Positions 12,869-25,073 of a stretch of DNA of 64,000 nt are shown one piece after another. This DNA is from Oculina patagonica (Eukaryota): contig NC_135770.1 of the NCBI RefSeq assembly GCF_052425735.1, positions 2,170,001 to 2,234,000 of the forward strand, in the 5' to 3' direction. Within the stretch, counting starts at the first letter, position 1; each line of letters opens with the position of its first letter. The translations under genes were made by a program, and so were the position numbers. Under the pieces are notes generated by a model. That model worked only from the letters and a program-made list of their open reading frames with translations, was not told where the DNA came from and ran no database searches.

Positions 12869-14858
12869 TTACTGTACAGTACAAGCTTGTGAACCATCGC
12901 CCATGTTCCCTGACGCCTTTGCAAAACAAATGGCCTGCATCCATTCGTGCTGGTCTTGCTCACTGTCAGCACTAAAGAAGTAAACACGTTTACACCCTCT
13001 TGGTTTAATTCTAAAAGCAAACTGTTTTTTGTCGATGCTGCAATCAGACAATTCACATCCCTCTAGTGCAACTACTTTTTGCTGATCCTGCAAACCAACA
13101 ACATACAGTATTAATGTTAAATGAAATTTTTCATCTTTTAATACGAATGGGGTATTCATGGTTTAAGAAACAAGAAGAAATCTGGGGCGGGTCTTATCTC
13201 ACAGTTGCTTGTCGGACCATTAGTCAGGCAATATGGCTTCTTATCTTCTGTTTCATCCCCAGAAACAATCCCACAAAAAGATAGGATTCACTCCAAATTA
13301 AATATCTGAACACTAAGTTAAGTCATCAGTGATCAAGCATTAGCCATTCATGGGAGCAATGTGGTTTGCTTCATTTTGCTCCAATGAATGACTAATGCTC
13401 AAAATGTCAGCTTTTCAAAATTCATGGCTGCAGCGGTTTATCTGCTTTTGGTAAGGCTTAGTTTTAAAACTAATAACTAATTCAAAAACTATAAAACCTA
13501 ACCAAAAACTTTGACTAGATCTACATTTTTCCACTGGACTGATAAGTTATATAGCACCACAATATTTTGTGGACCTCTTATGGCATTGAAAGCCAATTTC
13601 TTTTTACACTATCTAAAGCACAGGGGATACACCTACCTACATCTCTCACATAAATAAATTAATACTTATGCTTGTTATTATTTTTTAAAATTAAACTTCT
13701 CCCGACAAATGTTGGGTCATTGTGAAGAACAGAAGGAGAAGCCACGAGCCAAGTGGCCCACACTGCCGGAGCTTATCCCGGTTTCCGTAGCATTAAGCGG
13801 CTAGGAATATTTCTACTCCCCCCTGAATGGGATGCTAGTCCATTGCAGGGTTCCCCCCCCCCCCAGCATTATGTCGCCGGTACCCATTTATACACCTGGG
13901 TGGAGAGAGGCACTATGAGAGTAAAGTGTCTTGCCCAAGAACACAACACAAGTGACCCCGGCCGGGGCTCGAACTCGGACCGCTCGATCCGGAGTCCGAC
14001 GCACTAACCATTAGGCCACCGTGCCTCCCATATTGTGAAGAACAGCTCCCCAGAAAAACCTGTCAGTTATCCGTCAGTCGTCTGTCGGCCAACATTGAGC
14101 CATTTGTGGTCCAACAGTGTCGGCTGTCTGTTGGCCATTTGTCGGCTGACTGTCTGTCCTCTGTCGGCCCACAAATGGCCGACAGGTTTTGGATATACTG
14201 TTGGTGGCCTGTCGGTAACCGTACCTGTTGGCCGACAGTTGACCTTCAGTCAGCTACGGGGAGCTGTTCTTCACAATTTCCAAATGTTGTGGCCTTTCCC
14301 TTGGCCGTGAACACAAATAACAGAAAAACATCTACCACCATAATTATGTTTTACTGATGTACCATAAAAATTGCCTGACTGAAAAGAATTTTCTGTTGTG
14401 CTTGGAAAATGTCAGATACCCCCATGAATACTAGCATGATCGAACATGGGGATCAACCATGGAATTTTGTTGACATGAATAAGATAAATCATATTAATCT
14501 TTTAGGCACTTCATCAATTATAGCCGTGGTATAAAAGAAAAAAAATAAATAAATCACCGTAAGTATACCAGGTACTTGTTTTAAAAAGCAGTTTAAATCT
14601 CGTACGTTGTAAGCTTTGAACCTACTGTTTACAAACAAATAATTCTAGGTTTGCACCCGGCAAAATCAAAGCTTCATAAGCTCACTGTACCTCAGCCGTT
14701 GCGCCGTAAGACAATTCATTTTTCTTGAGACAGCACCACCGCTTATCCCAGCGTTTTGATAAGCGACTCCGTTTTAATAACCACCCTTGTTTATTAATTG
14801 TTTCACTCACAGAACTGTCTTCACTCTGTTTGTCGACATTTTGTCCGCTTTCCGCCAT
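12869..14858 (-). CDS. Small single-PH-domain protein with C-terminal CaaX motif (128 aa)
   Basis: Exons 14858-14691 and 13087-12869 are joined by a phase-0 GT-AG intron. PH hallmarks: KQGWLLKRS...WDKRWCCLKKNELSY, FAFRI, YFFSADSEQDQHEWMQAI. The protein ends CTVQ-stop. Confidence 0.88.
13737..14030 (-). mobile_element. tRNA-derived SINE (well-preserved copy)
   Basis: The reverse complement reads GGAGGCACGGTGGCCTAATGGTTAGTGCGTCGGACTCCGGATCGAGCGGTCCGAGTTCGAGCCC (A and B boxes), followed by the shared SINE body. Confidence 0.85.
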
Positions 14859-14982
14859 ATTCGTTTGGAACGTTCGCGTGGCATTATGGGTATTCTCACT
14901 GAGCGCCAAAACAAAATGGCGAACGAATAGAACTTTTTGTGTTTCTTTTGTAAACTTTTATTTTGAAAATACTTGGTCCTGG
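14859..14982. promoter_or_regulatory. Bidirectional promoter region, PH-domain gene/PIGH
   Basis: 124 bp between the divergent ATGs (14858 -, 14983 +). Contains CAAAATGGCG (YY1-like) at 14912-14921. Confidence 0.6.
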
Positions 14983-17900
14983 ATGAACAAACAGCAGCGT
15001 GATTTTTATGGTTCAAGTATCCATGGCCAAAAGTTGAAGGTGTATTTCAAAGGAGATGGTGTTTTGTCATCTTCGTTTGTTATAGAACGTTCAAGGGAGT
15101 CGTCGTTTCATTCTCTTGTTTTCATTTTGCCTTGCATTATTGCAATTGTTGCAGTTAACCAGGTAAGAGAGATGGTTAGAATGTTGTGTGTACGTGTTTT
15201 TTAGTAGACTTGAACAATAAAGGTAGCTTTTTGTGTGGAGCCTGCCCACATCAGACATCACCCATGCACGTGCCACTGAGATCACAGGTAACCTAAGCTC
15301 CAGAGCTTTGGCTACCTGTGTTGTATGGTTGGGGGTTCTGTTTTCTATAAGAGTCAGTCCTTTGGCACCTTGCAAACAGAGTTCCTGTCGATCTTTCTAG
15401 AAAAATCAAAGGGAACTCTGCTTGCAGGGTAGAAGTACTTTGTTTGAAAGACTTTGTAAAAAAATGATGTAAGCATACAAAACAGGAACAGCCCGACCCA
15501 GTAGACCACTGTACCTGTAACTTTTGCTTGTTGCCCTGGCTAGCCTGAAAAGCACTATGGTACACTGTAAGCCTGATAAACATTCAACCCACACACTCAT
15601 CGTAAAGAGTAGGGCATGGAGTTCCCGGTGTTGTGGTCTGTTCTATTCTATGGGTTGGGTGGTGGGGTAAGATCATACACATGGACGGATAGCGGCTGCC
15701 AAAGGCGCCTGATATGCTGATGTCCGGTCTCATCCAATAAAATTCTAACTGTGAAGCGCATTGAGCTTTGTAAATGCACTATATAAGCACCTATATCATC
15801 ATCATCATCATCATAACAACCCTCCAAGTTAAGACCAAATTTTGGAGCTGGCAGCTAAATTGAAACCAAAGTCACCAGCCTGGCAACTAAAATTGGGAAG
15901 AAGGATTGAAAGTGTGAGTTAAATTAGCAACTAAAATTTTTCACTGGCGACCAAACTTGAGCAGTCAGCGGCCAAGTGGCCTCTAAGGAAAAAATAAACT
16001 TGAAAGGTTGCATAACCGAAGGTGCTTCCATTAGTCAGAACTGGCGGGTCAGACTGGTACAGTATCGAGAACAGAATTCCGTTGTTAGTCAGATTTGTCC
16101 TGTCAAATCAGCCAATGCAAAAATATTACACACTATTGTGGTGGAATTGTAGGAAAATCTTGTGCAAAGGCCCATTTCACATTCAAAACCACCAGACCAG
16201 CTGGCCGGTTCTGACTAATGAAAAGTGTCCTTGCGGGTAACTCAGGCTAACCAGAGTGTCGATCAAGATATAACCAGAGTGCTATTCAGGCTAACCTAGT
16301 AAGCAACAGATCATCTACTTTCTTTCATACATTAGGTTCCATTTACACATAATTCAAGTAACTCATTCTCATTTAGTTTTTTGTCTTGTAATCAAAGACT
16401 GATAATAATTTACTTTGCTTCCCCTTTTAGGAATTCCTGTCATTAACCAACTTCCTAGTTTCAACATTTGTACTATTTGTAGTCGTCCTCCTGAAATTAT
16501 ATTGCTTTGATGTCCATAGAGGTGAGAGAATAAAAGATCAGTAATTTTTAAATTTTTATTGACTTTAAGTCAAGTGTACTGATAGTTACCATTTTGTATG
16601 TGATTGATCTAGCTTGAATGGAACTTACATGTACTTGCTGAAGATGGTAAAATTTCAAAAATAAGCCCCCCTCCACCCAAAAAAAGTCAAACCCAGAAAT
16701 CCTTCCAAAAAAGCCCTTCCCATGGACTTATGGCATTTAAAAGAAAGATGTTACTTTTCGGATTATTATATAAGCCCCCTATTGAAAAGCATTGTTTTAA
16801 GTTGTTTGAGAATGCTCAATATGACTTGTAATGACTGTTTGTTTCAATAGGTAGTTTCTGAGGTAAATGTTACTTTTCAACTTATTTTGTTTTTCCAATG
16901 TAGTGCTTCCCCCTGATCCTATAGTTATAAACTAAACTAATCGAGGCAGAGGCAAACATTGATAACCCTATCAATAATTGACCTATAGTATTTGGCTTTC
17001 CTGACAAATGTCCCTTCCACAGAATCTGTGTTGATTGTTAAGGATCTTGGAGTTCAGTTCACCAGATCTGGAGTGCTTGGGCTAGAGACAAGTCAGTTTA
17101 TAGAACACCACAGAATTGTTGATGTACTTATCAATGAAGTCATAACAATGGTATGTAAATCTACCTTGCTTGATTGATGCTTCTAAAGATACAACTTGTA
17201 ACTTGGAAATTTGTGGCCTTGTGGTTAGTGTGCTGGATCCCAGATCAAACGCTCCAGGTTTGAGCCCTGGCCGTGGTCACTGTGCATGTGTTGTGTTCTT
17301 GGGCAAGGCACTTCACTCTCACTGTGTGTGCCTCTCTCCACCCAGGTGTATAAAATGGGTACTAGCGAATTTAATGCTGGGGGCTAACCCTGCGATGGAC
17401 TAGCATCCCATCCAGGGGTCCAGTGGAAATACTTCTAGTCTCTTTATGCGACTGAAACAATATGAAATATGAAGCCAAAGAAACCATCCTATAAACTAGG
17501 TGATAAGATTGTACAAGTTCCTGAATTTGAATGTTTTGAACTTGTGGTTTCTCCATAGCACCAAGTTGTGTTTTATTTGACGTTGTTGACTTGTGATGGA
17601 ACTCAAAGTAAACCAGACAGAAATCAACAACTTCACCCGCTTTTCACGGTAACTCTTAAATTGTTTTGTGTGACGTTTTTTTTTTTAAATACAGTGGTAA
17701 TAGAGTGGTTCCCGCTATTTTGGGAATCCCACCTCCCACCCTCTCTTCTCCTGTCTCCTGAAGAATTTCCACCCCCTTCACTCCTGAGTCCCCATGCCCA
17801 TAAGAACTGCCAAAACATCTTTTCTTTCACAAACTATTCGTCGAATACACTCCCTTTGTTCGTCTTTAAATGTTTTGTGTACAAAACTCTTGAGAGATTT

Positions 17901-18478
17901 TCTAAAAGATAGAAGAACTCGCTTTCTACTTCATTCCGCTCAACACCCACCATGATAACAATCATCTATGCATGATATTTTTGGACCGGAAATTAGACTT
18001 GAAATCAATTACTAGCCAATCAGGAAAGAGTTCTAATGTTGCCTTTTGTTTTCTTACCAATCAGAAAAAAGTCCAGATTCTGGACTTTTTACAGACGACT
18101 CGACAAGTAATTGTATCAGGCGTTCATTTTTCCGTTGACCCCTCCGCCGCGACAAATAACGCCTGATCGCAGGTTAGCGCTATCCCTGCTCCCCAAACAC
18201 CTTGTCTATTTGTTTTTTGTAGTACACTACTTGTACAAAATAAACCATCGCACTTCTTTTTTACTGTATTAATAATAATAATTTAATAATGATAATAATG
18301 ATGATAATAATAATAATAATAATAATAATTTATTCTTTGAACACCTCAAGTCTTCCTAGCCCTCCAGTTAAGTTAAATTTCAAACAACTGTTTTCCTTCT
18401 TGGCAGGCATCAGTGCCATGTCTTGAAACCATCAAGCCCATCTACCACGGCATGCAGCAAATACTTGGAACAGGATAA
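14983..18478 (+). CDS. PIGH: Phosphatidylinositol N-acetylglucosaminyltransferase subunit H (GPI-GnT), 5 exons, 186 aa
   Basis: Exons 14983-15162, 16431-16521, 17023-17150, 17559-17648 and 18407-18478 total 561 nt, open. Two hydrophobic segments are followed by ESVLIVKDLGVQ...FIEHHRIVDVLINEVITMHQVVFYL...PLF...PCLE..IY, typical of the PIG-H domain. Confidence 0.9.
17213..17460 (+). mobile_element. tRNA-derived SINE
   Basis: GTGGCCTTGTGGTTAGTGTGCTGG...GGTTTGAGCCC followed by the shared SINE body. Confidence 0.75.
18270..18330. repeat. (TAA/TGA)n microsatellite
   Basis: TAATAATAATGATGATAATAAT run. Confidence 0.85.
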
Positions 18479-19154
18479 AGGAAGAAGGATTTACACTGGA
18501 GTCTCTGAAGCGGACGGTCACTAGATACTGAGAATGTCACTTAGCATTGAACAGCTACTAATAACTGTAAATTTATGTTGAGCATGAGGCAACAGGGTTT
18601 GGTAAAAGTTCCAAACCCTTGCTTTTGTTCAACTTCATTTAACAGGTTTGAAAATGCCAACTGGTTTACCTTTTATATAAGGCCTTCCAAGGGGGGTAGC
18701 CGTGTCGCATGTTTCTGAGAACAGATGTTGCCTTAGTAGCCAACAGCTGTAAATGTCGCTGTCGTTCTTCCCATTATTGTGTTGCTGTCGCAATGTGTCG
18801 CTGTCGCATTTCAGTGCCATAACAATGTCGCTTGTTGTTGTTAAAATGTTCCTGTGACGCCAGAATTCAGGGTCATGTCGCTTGTCACTTTTACCCTCGG
18901 AAGGCCTTTTATATGTTATTTAGGATTGTTAACATTGTTAAGTTGATTTGCAGTACTTGTTTTTGTTGAAATAGACCAGTTTTGATTTTAAAATTCTAAC
19001 GAAGCATCAACACTAGTGGGAAATAAGCAAAAGAAAGGATTTATTCATCCCACAATCTCAATGTGGCATCTTTCCTTTTATTGCCCCAGATAGAATTATT
19101 TCTGAATATAAAATTATCAAGATTGGCCTATTTAGCCTCTTTGGGGCATGGATA

Positions 19155-19612
19155 CCGTATTTTCTCGATTAAACGCTGGACCCCGATTAAACGCCGGCCT
19201 CGTATAAACGCCGGGTCAAAATTGCTAGTTTTTAAATAAACGCCGGGGGCGTTTGTTCGAGGTCCCGGCGTTTATTTGAGGTCAGGCTAACAAGTAAACA
19301 TATTCTGTTTGTCACAAATCTCGATTGCAACATAAACTATCCAATCCGTAATAGTGCACCTTTGGGAAATATTCACCTTTGCATACCCATGGACACTTTT
19401 TCGGGGCAGAACGAAGAGAAAAATCGTCCCGCCTTGACAAACTGCCCCTTGGTCTCGAAGATCGGTAACAATAAATCAATCTAAAAAATTGGCAGAAAAT
19501 TGCAGTCCGTTAATAAACGCCGGGCCCCGATTAAACGCCGGCTTCAAATAAACGCCGGGTTCACGAAGCCAAGTTTGAAATAAACGGCGGGGCGTTTATT
19601 TGAGAAAATACG
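19155..19612. mobile_element. Tc1/mariner-pogo-type MITE (TA TSD)
   Basis: TA|CCGTATTTTCTCGATTAAACGC ... GCGTTTATTTGAGAAAATACGG|TA, with TAAACGCCGG subrepeats. Confidence 0.75.
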
Positions 19613-20846
19613 GTAATCATGATATTATTAAGATATTTATTTTTAATTCAGATAAGAGAGGTCACTGTACTTATTTAAGTTCTCTGAAATGTACCAAATG
19701 TTTACTGACATCATCTGACCGATTCAAAGGTAGTTGACACTGCCTAGGAACTAGGCAAGCTCTATTCCTCACATGGGAAGAAGGAACTGATGGTAATCGT
19801 GATGATGACAGCATGTACATTATATTGTAGCTGTTTTCTATTAAAACAAGAAAAACAGTGACCAGTGGACGCTTGTGTTTGCGTAGCTCATGAAAATATA
19901 AAATCGTACATGCATTCACCAAAGGAATGCATGTTTGAGTAATTTAGTTATCTAGGCACACAGGATTTTTTTTAAAGTTCAACTATATTGAAAATTCAAA
20001 AATTATGTTCCCTTTTACAGCGACACATAATATCCTATTAGCAAATAGACAACAGTGGGACAACCAATCAGATTTGAATATTTCCAATAGAAGACACGGG
20101 ATGCCTGCTAATCAAGATAAAGAAACGCTATCTTAACAATGGTAGCATGTGAAATTATTGTGGAAAGATCCCAATTTCTCAACCTCCTTGGAAGGGAAAT
20201 GAAAATTGGACCCAGAAATCAGGAGTTCAAGAAATTTGGGGTAAAAATTGCACTGTCAGACTGAGCAAAGCAAATCGTAGTGAAAAGACTTTTGATTGGA
20301 GTTACATATTGGTCACAGGTTTAATAAGGAAACCTATCTGTGAAGTCGGGATTTCACTGTTCATGAACGTTTTAAATTATAGAATCCAGTAATACGAATT
20401 ACTATAATCCAGTAATACGAATTACCGGTAATATGAATTATTGAATCAAAAAGTAATAAAAATTATTGAATATAAAATTTCGTGTTGAGGTTTCAATTAA
20501 GTTTGATTTATGAAGATTTACTGACTGCTGAAACAGTTTTCTTTAATTTTTTCAACTTAGGGGGGACAAGTAGCTGACATCTTTGAGTGAAGTGCTTTCC
20601 TTGCCCATTGGTACTTTTTGAAAGCACTCACTTTTGTACAAAAATGTGCAAGAGAAATTTGAGTTTTATTAACTTTTCAGTTAACACTGCAGATTGAACC
20701 AAACTACATTCATTTGAACATAGTTGCACAAGTTATTAATTTTATTCAAAATTACATATTCCTTAAGTAACAATTACAGTTTAATTGGAGTTTCTCATCA
20801 AAAATTCGTTACAAGAATTTTCCACAACAATTTGATAACAATGTGC

Positions 20847-23034
20847 TCAAGCTCTATCCTTGCTTTTCAGATCGTCTGCTATCTCCTTGTAGCTGAACTC
20901 ATCTTCATCATGGCACTCGTAATGCTTAATCCCAGTAAATGCTTTCTTTAGGGTATCGTTTGAAGCTGCATAAATCATCTTTTCTCCAATCTTCATGGTG
21001 TCGGGACACCTGAAAATATACAAAAAATGCCATATGAGTCAGTAAACAAACTTGAAGTCACTCTACGACATGTCACATCATGTTATTGACTGAAACACAA
21101 TGAAGACCCTCCTGAAAACCACAAACTAGCGAATTGCGTTTTTCGCGGCCGTCAATCATAATTATGGCGACGGCCAACGAACTATGAAAAATGGAAACAA
21201 ACAAAATGGATCAAAATCAACCAAGCACAACTGACAGACGTGACCTTTTGACCCGGTTGAAGTGAGCTCCTGTTTCCTGGGAGGTCCGCTAAGATGATTG
21301 ATGGCAGCAAAAAGCGTAAACCATTGATTGAGGGTTGAATTTTAGAGTGCGCATTTCACTGAAAACCGCAATTAAGTTTAGTGCACCAGTAATGACTTTG
21401 GACAGCAGTGATACACAGAAACAAAGCGTGCACAGTGTCCAGCAGGAAATTGGAGAACACCAATACTGTTGCAATATTTGTCACATTTTAAGTGATGCGT
21501 CATCTACACATGTATATTTTTACATTTGACAACTTTTATTTGTCACCTAAAAGCTAACATGCCAGCTTCTCAGCAAATATATTTCTCACACAAAAATTGG
21601 CAAATTTTCTCGTGTACATGAGCAAATAACAATTTTCACATAAAATTTGTCTCAAAAATTGCTCATGCAATCTAGCCTTAAAGAAAGATATTATTCAGTG
21701 AAGCAAACTAGTTTGTAAAAGAATGACTTACTTTGTGTGTACATGCACAGAAATCTGTCTGAGCATTTAATTCAAGTTTTATTTGAAATTTCCCTCCATG
21801 GTAGGGGTATGTATATACTTTGCAACCACAAAATTCTACAAAGTGGTTCTTGCTCACCAGTATATGTAAATGACAACATCTTTACAGGTACCGCTTTTCC
21901 TCTGATATGAGATGTCAAACAGGATGTAACGAGGTCCGCCTAATTCCAAAACTTCTTTCTTCATCTCATCAAAGATTTTCTCACTTGTTTCTGGTGTTTT
22001 GTCTGGATGTGGATCGACAGTCTTTTCCAGAACAATTTCCTTTTTGTCTTGAATCATCATGACAGCATAACCATGTATGTGTTTGTCTTTGATGGCAGTG
22101 AACACTTCTTTACAGTCCTGATTCATTTTGATTCCAGATGCCTTAAATTAAGAAAAAAAATGTTAATAAGAATGAAGAAATGCTCACATATGGCTAACCA
22201 AGGTGGCCTCCCCTATAAGCCTGGTGGTTTCTTGGAGGTCTCCTGGCCCTCACTCACTTATTAACCTCTTCATCCCGTCAGGGACACTTCTCTGCATGCA
22301 GTTACCTTGTCGTAGTGGGGGAGTTTGTGTGCCTTAATGACCCTGTGAGCTCTACTGACAGGGGCTTAAGCTCCTGGCTGGTCCAACCAAGCAGGGCAGG
22401 TTAAAGGGGAGAGAGCAGACTAAAAGCAGCACCTGGTCCTCCAAGGTTGGGGGTTGGGCGTGCGGCTTACAGCCCCACCTCGGAAAACATCAACTTGTTA
22501 ACGAAACTGCAACAACACTATCCTCCTCGCCCTACAATAATGTTATTGCTTCAACAGTTAAATTCTAAATTGGCTAAAAAATGATGATGAGGTGTATGTC
22601 GTGTTACGACTGCACTTACCAGTTGGCTATTAAACTACTATTTGGACTACTAAACACAAATCCATCTAGTGGCAGGGAGGAGGCTTGGAACCTGGAACCT
22701 CCGGACTACAAGGCAAGAACCCTAACCCCTAAGCCACACTGCCTCCTTAAACATAACACTAAACAAAAAAGTGTCCAAACACTCAATGACATTTAACTGG
22801 TTAAACTATACTGCATGACGTAAAGTATATGAAAAAATTCATATATGTGAACTGCAGATGGGATGTAAAGTGAAGAAATGATCCTGGCAGTGAATTGCTA
22901 TTAAAGAAATTGCAAAAGAAAGAAACCCAGAAAATTTCTGGCATCAACAGGATCCCGCTGAAGCCAGATTTTTTTTTCTGGTTTCTTCCTTTGCAATTCG
23001 CTTAAACTATACTCCATATTCATGTACTAACCAT
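20847..23034 (-). CDS. ADF/cofilin family actin-depolymerising factor, copy B (149 aa)
   Basis: An ATG-only coding exon end (23034-23032, ATG|GTTAGT), then exon 22141-21858 (ASGIKMNQDCKEVF...GPRYILFD...VIYIY) and exon 21009-20847 (WCPDTMKIGEKMIYAASNDTLKKAFTGI...). MASG start, ATG followed by an intron, and WCPD/KMIYAAS motifs are typical of cofilins. Confidence 0.92.
22285..22520 (+). mobile_element. RTE-clade LINE 5'-UTR-derived fragment
   Basis: ACCTTGTCGTAGTGGGG...AATGACCCT.TGAGCT...CCTGGTCCTCCAAGGTTGGGGGTTGGGCG resembles RTE 5' UTRs and is homologous to the element at 55131-55386. Confidence 0.6.
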
Positions 23035-25073
23035 GATTGCTGTTGGTCAAGTTAACTTTATTCAAGTCCTGAGAAAAAAAGGAATTATTACTTAAGGTTA
23101 ATAATTTTATTAATCAATACATGATTTATTTCTTTATAGTTCAGTTTGCAGCTCCTTGGGACACAAAATTATGGATCAATATGGGGGTGATACAAAAATT
23201 CTGTTGCGTACACTGATACCTCTTCTGTTTTAAAAAACGCATAAAATATGCTTGAAATGCTACATAAATAAATAGCAGAAGGGTGAGTAGCCCACTTTTC
23301 AGATCCATGCAAAAAAGTCAGGTTCCTAAATAAGATTTAATGACTCCTGATTATATTTGAGCAAGTATCCAAAGTGAAGCTGCAAAGGGGAACTAGCTGT
23401 ATAAGTCAGGGCAATTTTAAAAGCTGGGGACTTTAATTTAAATAATGGAGTGGTTGCCAACAAAATGTCTGGCATAACAAGATAGCGAAAGCAACAGAAT
23501 GCGTCGATTTCCCAATCAAGGGTCACGATAACGTACGGTAGTGCGTTACTACAAAACCCTGAGCCGCACAAATATCCACAAACAATAAAACCGACGATAT
23601 CTAAAGGAACAAACGGGCAAACTATGCCAGTAATTTGTTGCTATGATGGCTAAGAAGGTAAAATTCAGGTAATCGTATAAATGTTTCCGATTTTCGATCG
23701 CATCAACAACGCAGTAACGCAACAATTAGTCACGTGTGATTCTACAGGACCTTTATAAGCGTCCTCGAGTTTTGGCTCGTTGAAATTGAAAGAAAAATGC
23801 TTAAGTTTCGGTAAAAAGTAATGCTCTAAATGAATACGTATTTAATTATCTTTTACGAGTGGATTTTGTCATGATGAAAAGGTTATTATTTCCCGAAAAG
23901 GCGAATAATGTACATCTCGAGACGATGTCGGGAGGTGGGGCAAACTTATCCGGAATAAGAACAGTCAATTTCACAATTCTTTTCAAAATTAAGCAGACTA
24001 GACAGTTTCAAACGATGGAACCCACCAACAAACAGCAAAAACTATCTAGTATTGGTAAAATTTCAGCCACCTGAAGCTATTTTGAGGTAAAATTACGGCG
24101 ATTGCAAAAACCGTCCGGAAACAGGACAATCAAACTCTAGAGACATGAAGTGCAATTGTCTAGATTTGAAGGAATATTTTCAACTATTTCGGGCCAGATC
24201 AACTCTAAGAGTTACACAGGTAGTTACCAAGTGCTTCATAACAAATAAATAAATCAATGGAACGTACATACCAGCTAAACAATCTTGAAAATGGGACGCA
24301 ACTGAAATTTCGATCTCCGCAATGCAAAGCAGATACTCTGAGTCAAATATTATATTGCGGCTTTACACATTACCATATATGGGCACAAAATCATTCGCAC
24401 CTCCAGAGGAAGGCATCACAGAGATTACTTTTCCGGGGAGAGCTAGAGACGAGAAATATTTGTAGAGGTCCGAAAACACAAAATAAGTTCTTTGCAAAAA
24501 ATGTTACATGATGCTATTAAAAATAGCAGCCAAAAAAACCTGACGTCGAGGCCAAAAACAAAGTTACTGGGGAAAACATCTACCTCCCGGTGGGGAATCG
24601 AGGGTTACAAAACACGTGAAATAAGAGACGCCAAAAGCACGAAGAGTAAATAATTAACTTATTTTATCACCATTATATTTTTGAGGAGGAGAGTTAATAA
24701 TTTGGGCAATACACACAAAAAAAACTACTACACAGCAAAACCTGGAGAAAAACTTTCATGCAAAAGCGAGACACTAAAAAAGAATGAAAGGAAAGAAGTA
24801 GGAGAATTAATACAATTTCAGGAGGCTCGAATGAATGTCCTTCTTTCAATAATGTGTCTGACATGATATAGATTTGAAACTAGACGACACGTGCAAGGAA
24901 TCATACAGACAACTTTGAAATAAATATACAAGGCTATAAGAAAAAAAAAACTACATTGAACACAGTACAGTTGCACATGCTATTTTATTCAAAATTACAC
25001 ATTCCTAGTAGCAATTATTACAGTTTTAACTTTGAGTTTCTCATCAAAAATTCGTCACAAGAGTTTTCTATAC

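Noticed and set aside
13975-14030. tRNA-like A/B boxes as a tRNA gene
   Set aside because: They are the head of a multi-copy SINE followed by the SINE body, and no complete cloverleaf is evident.
14725-14982. N-terminal extension of the 159-aa ORF 14725-15204
   Set aside because: It starts at a non-ATG codon and overlaps the PH gene antisense. Only the part from ATG 14983 fits PIGH length and structure.
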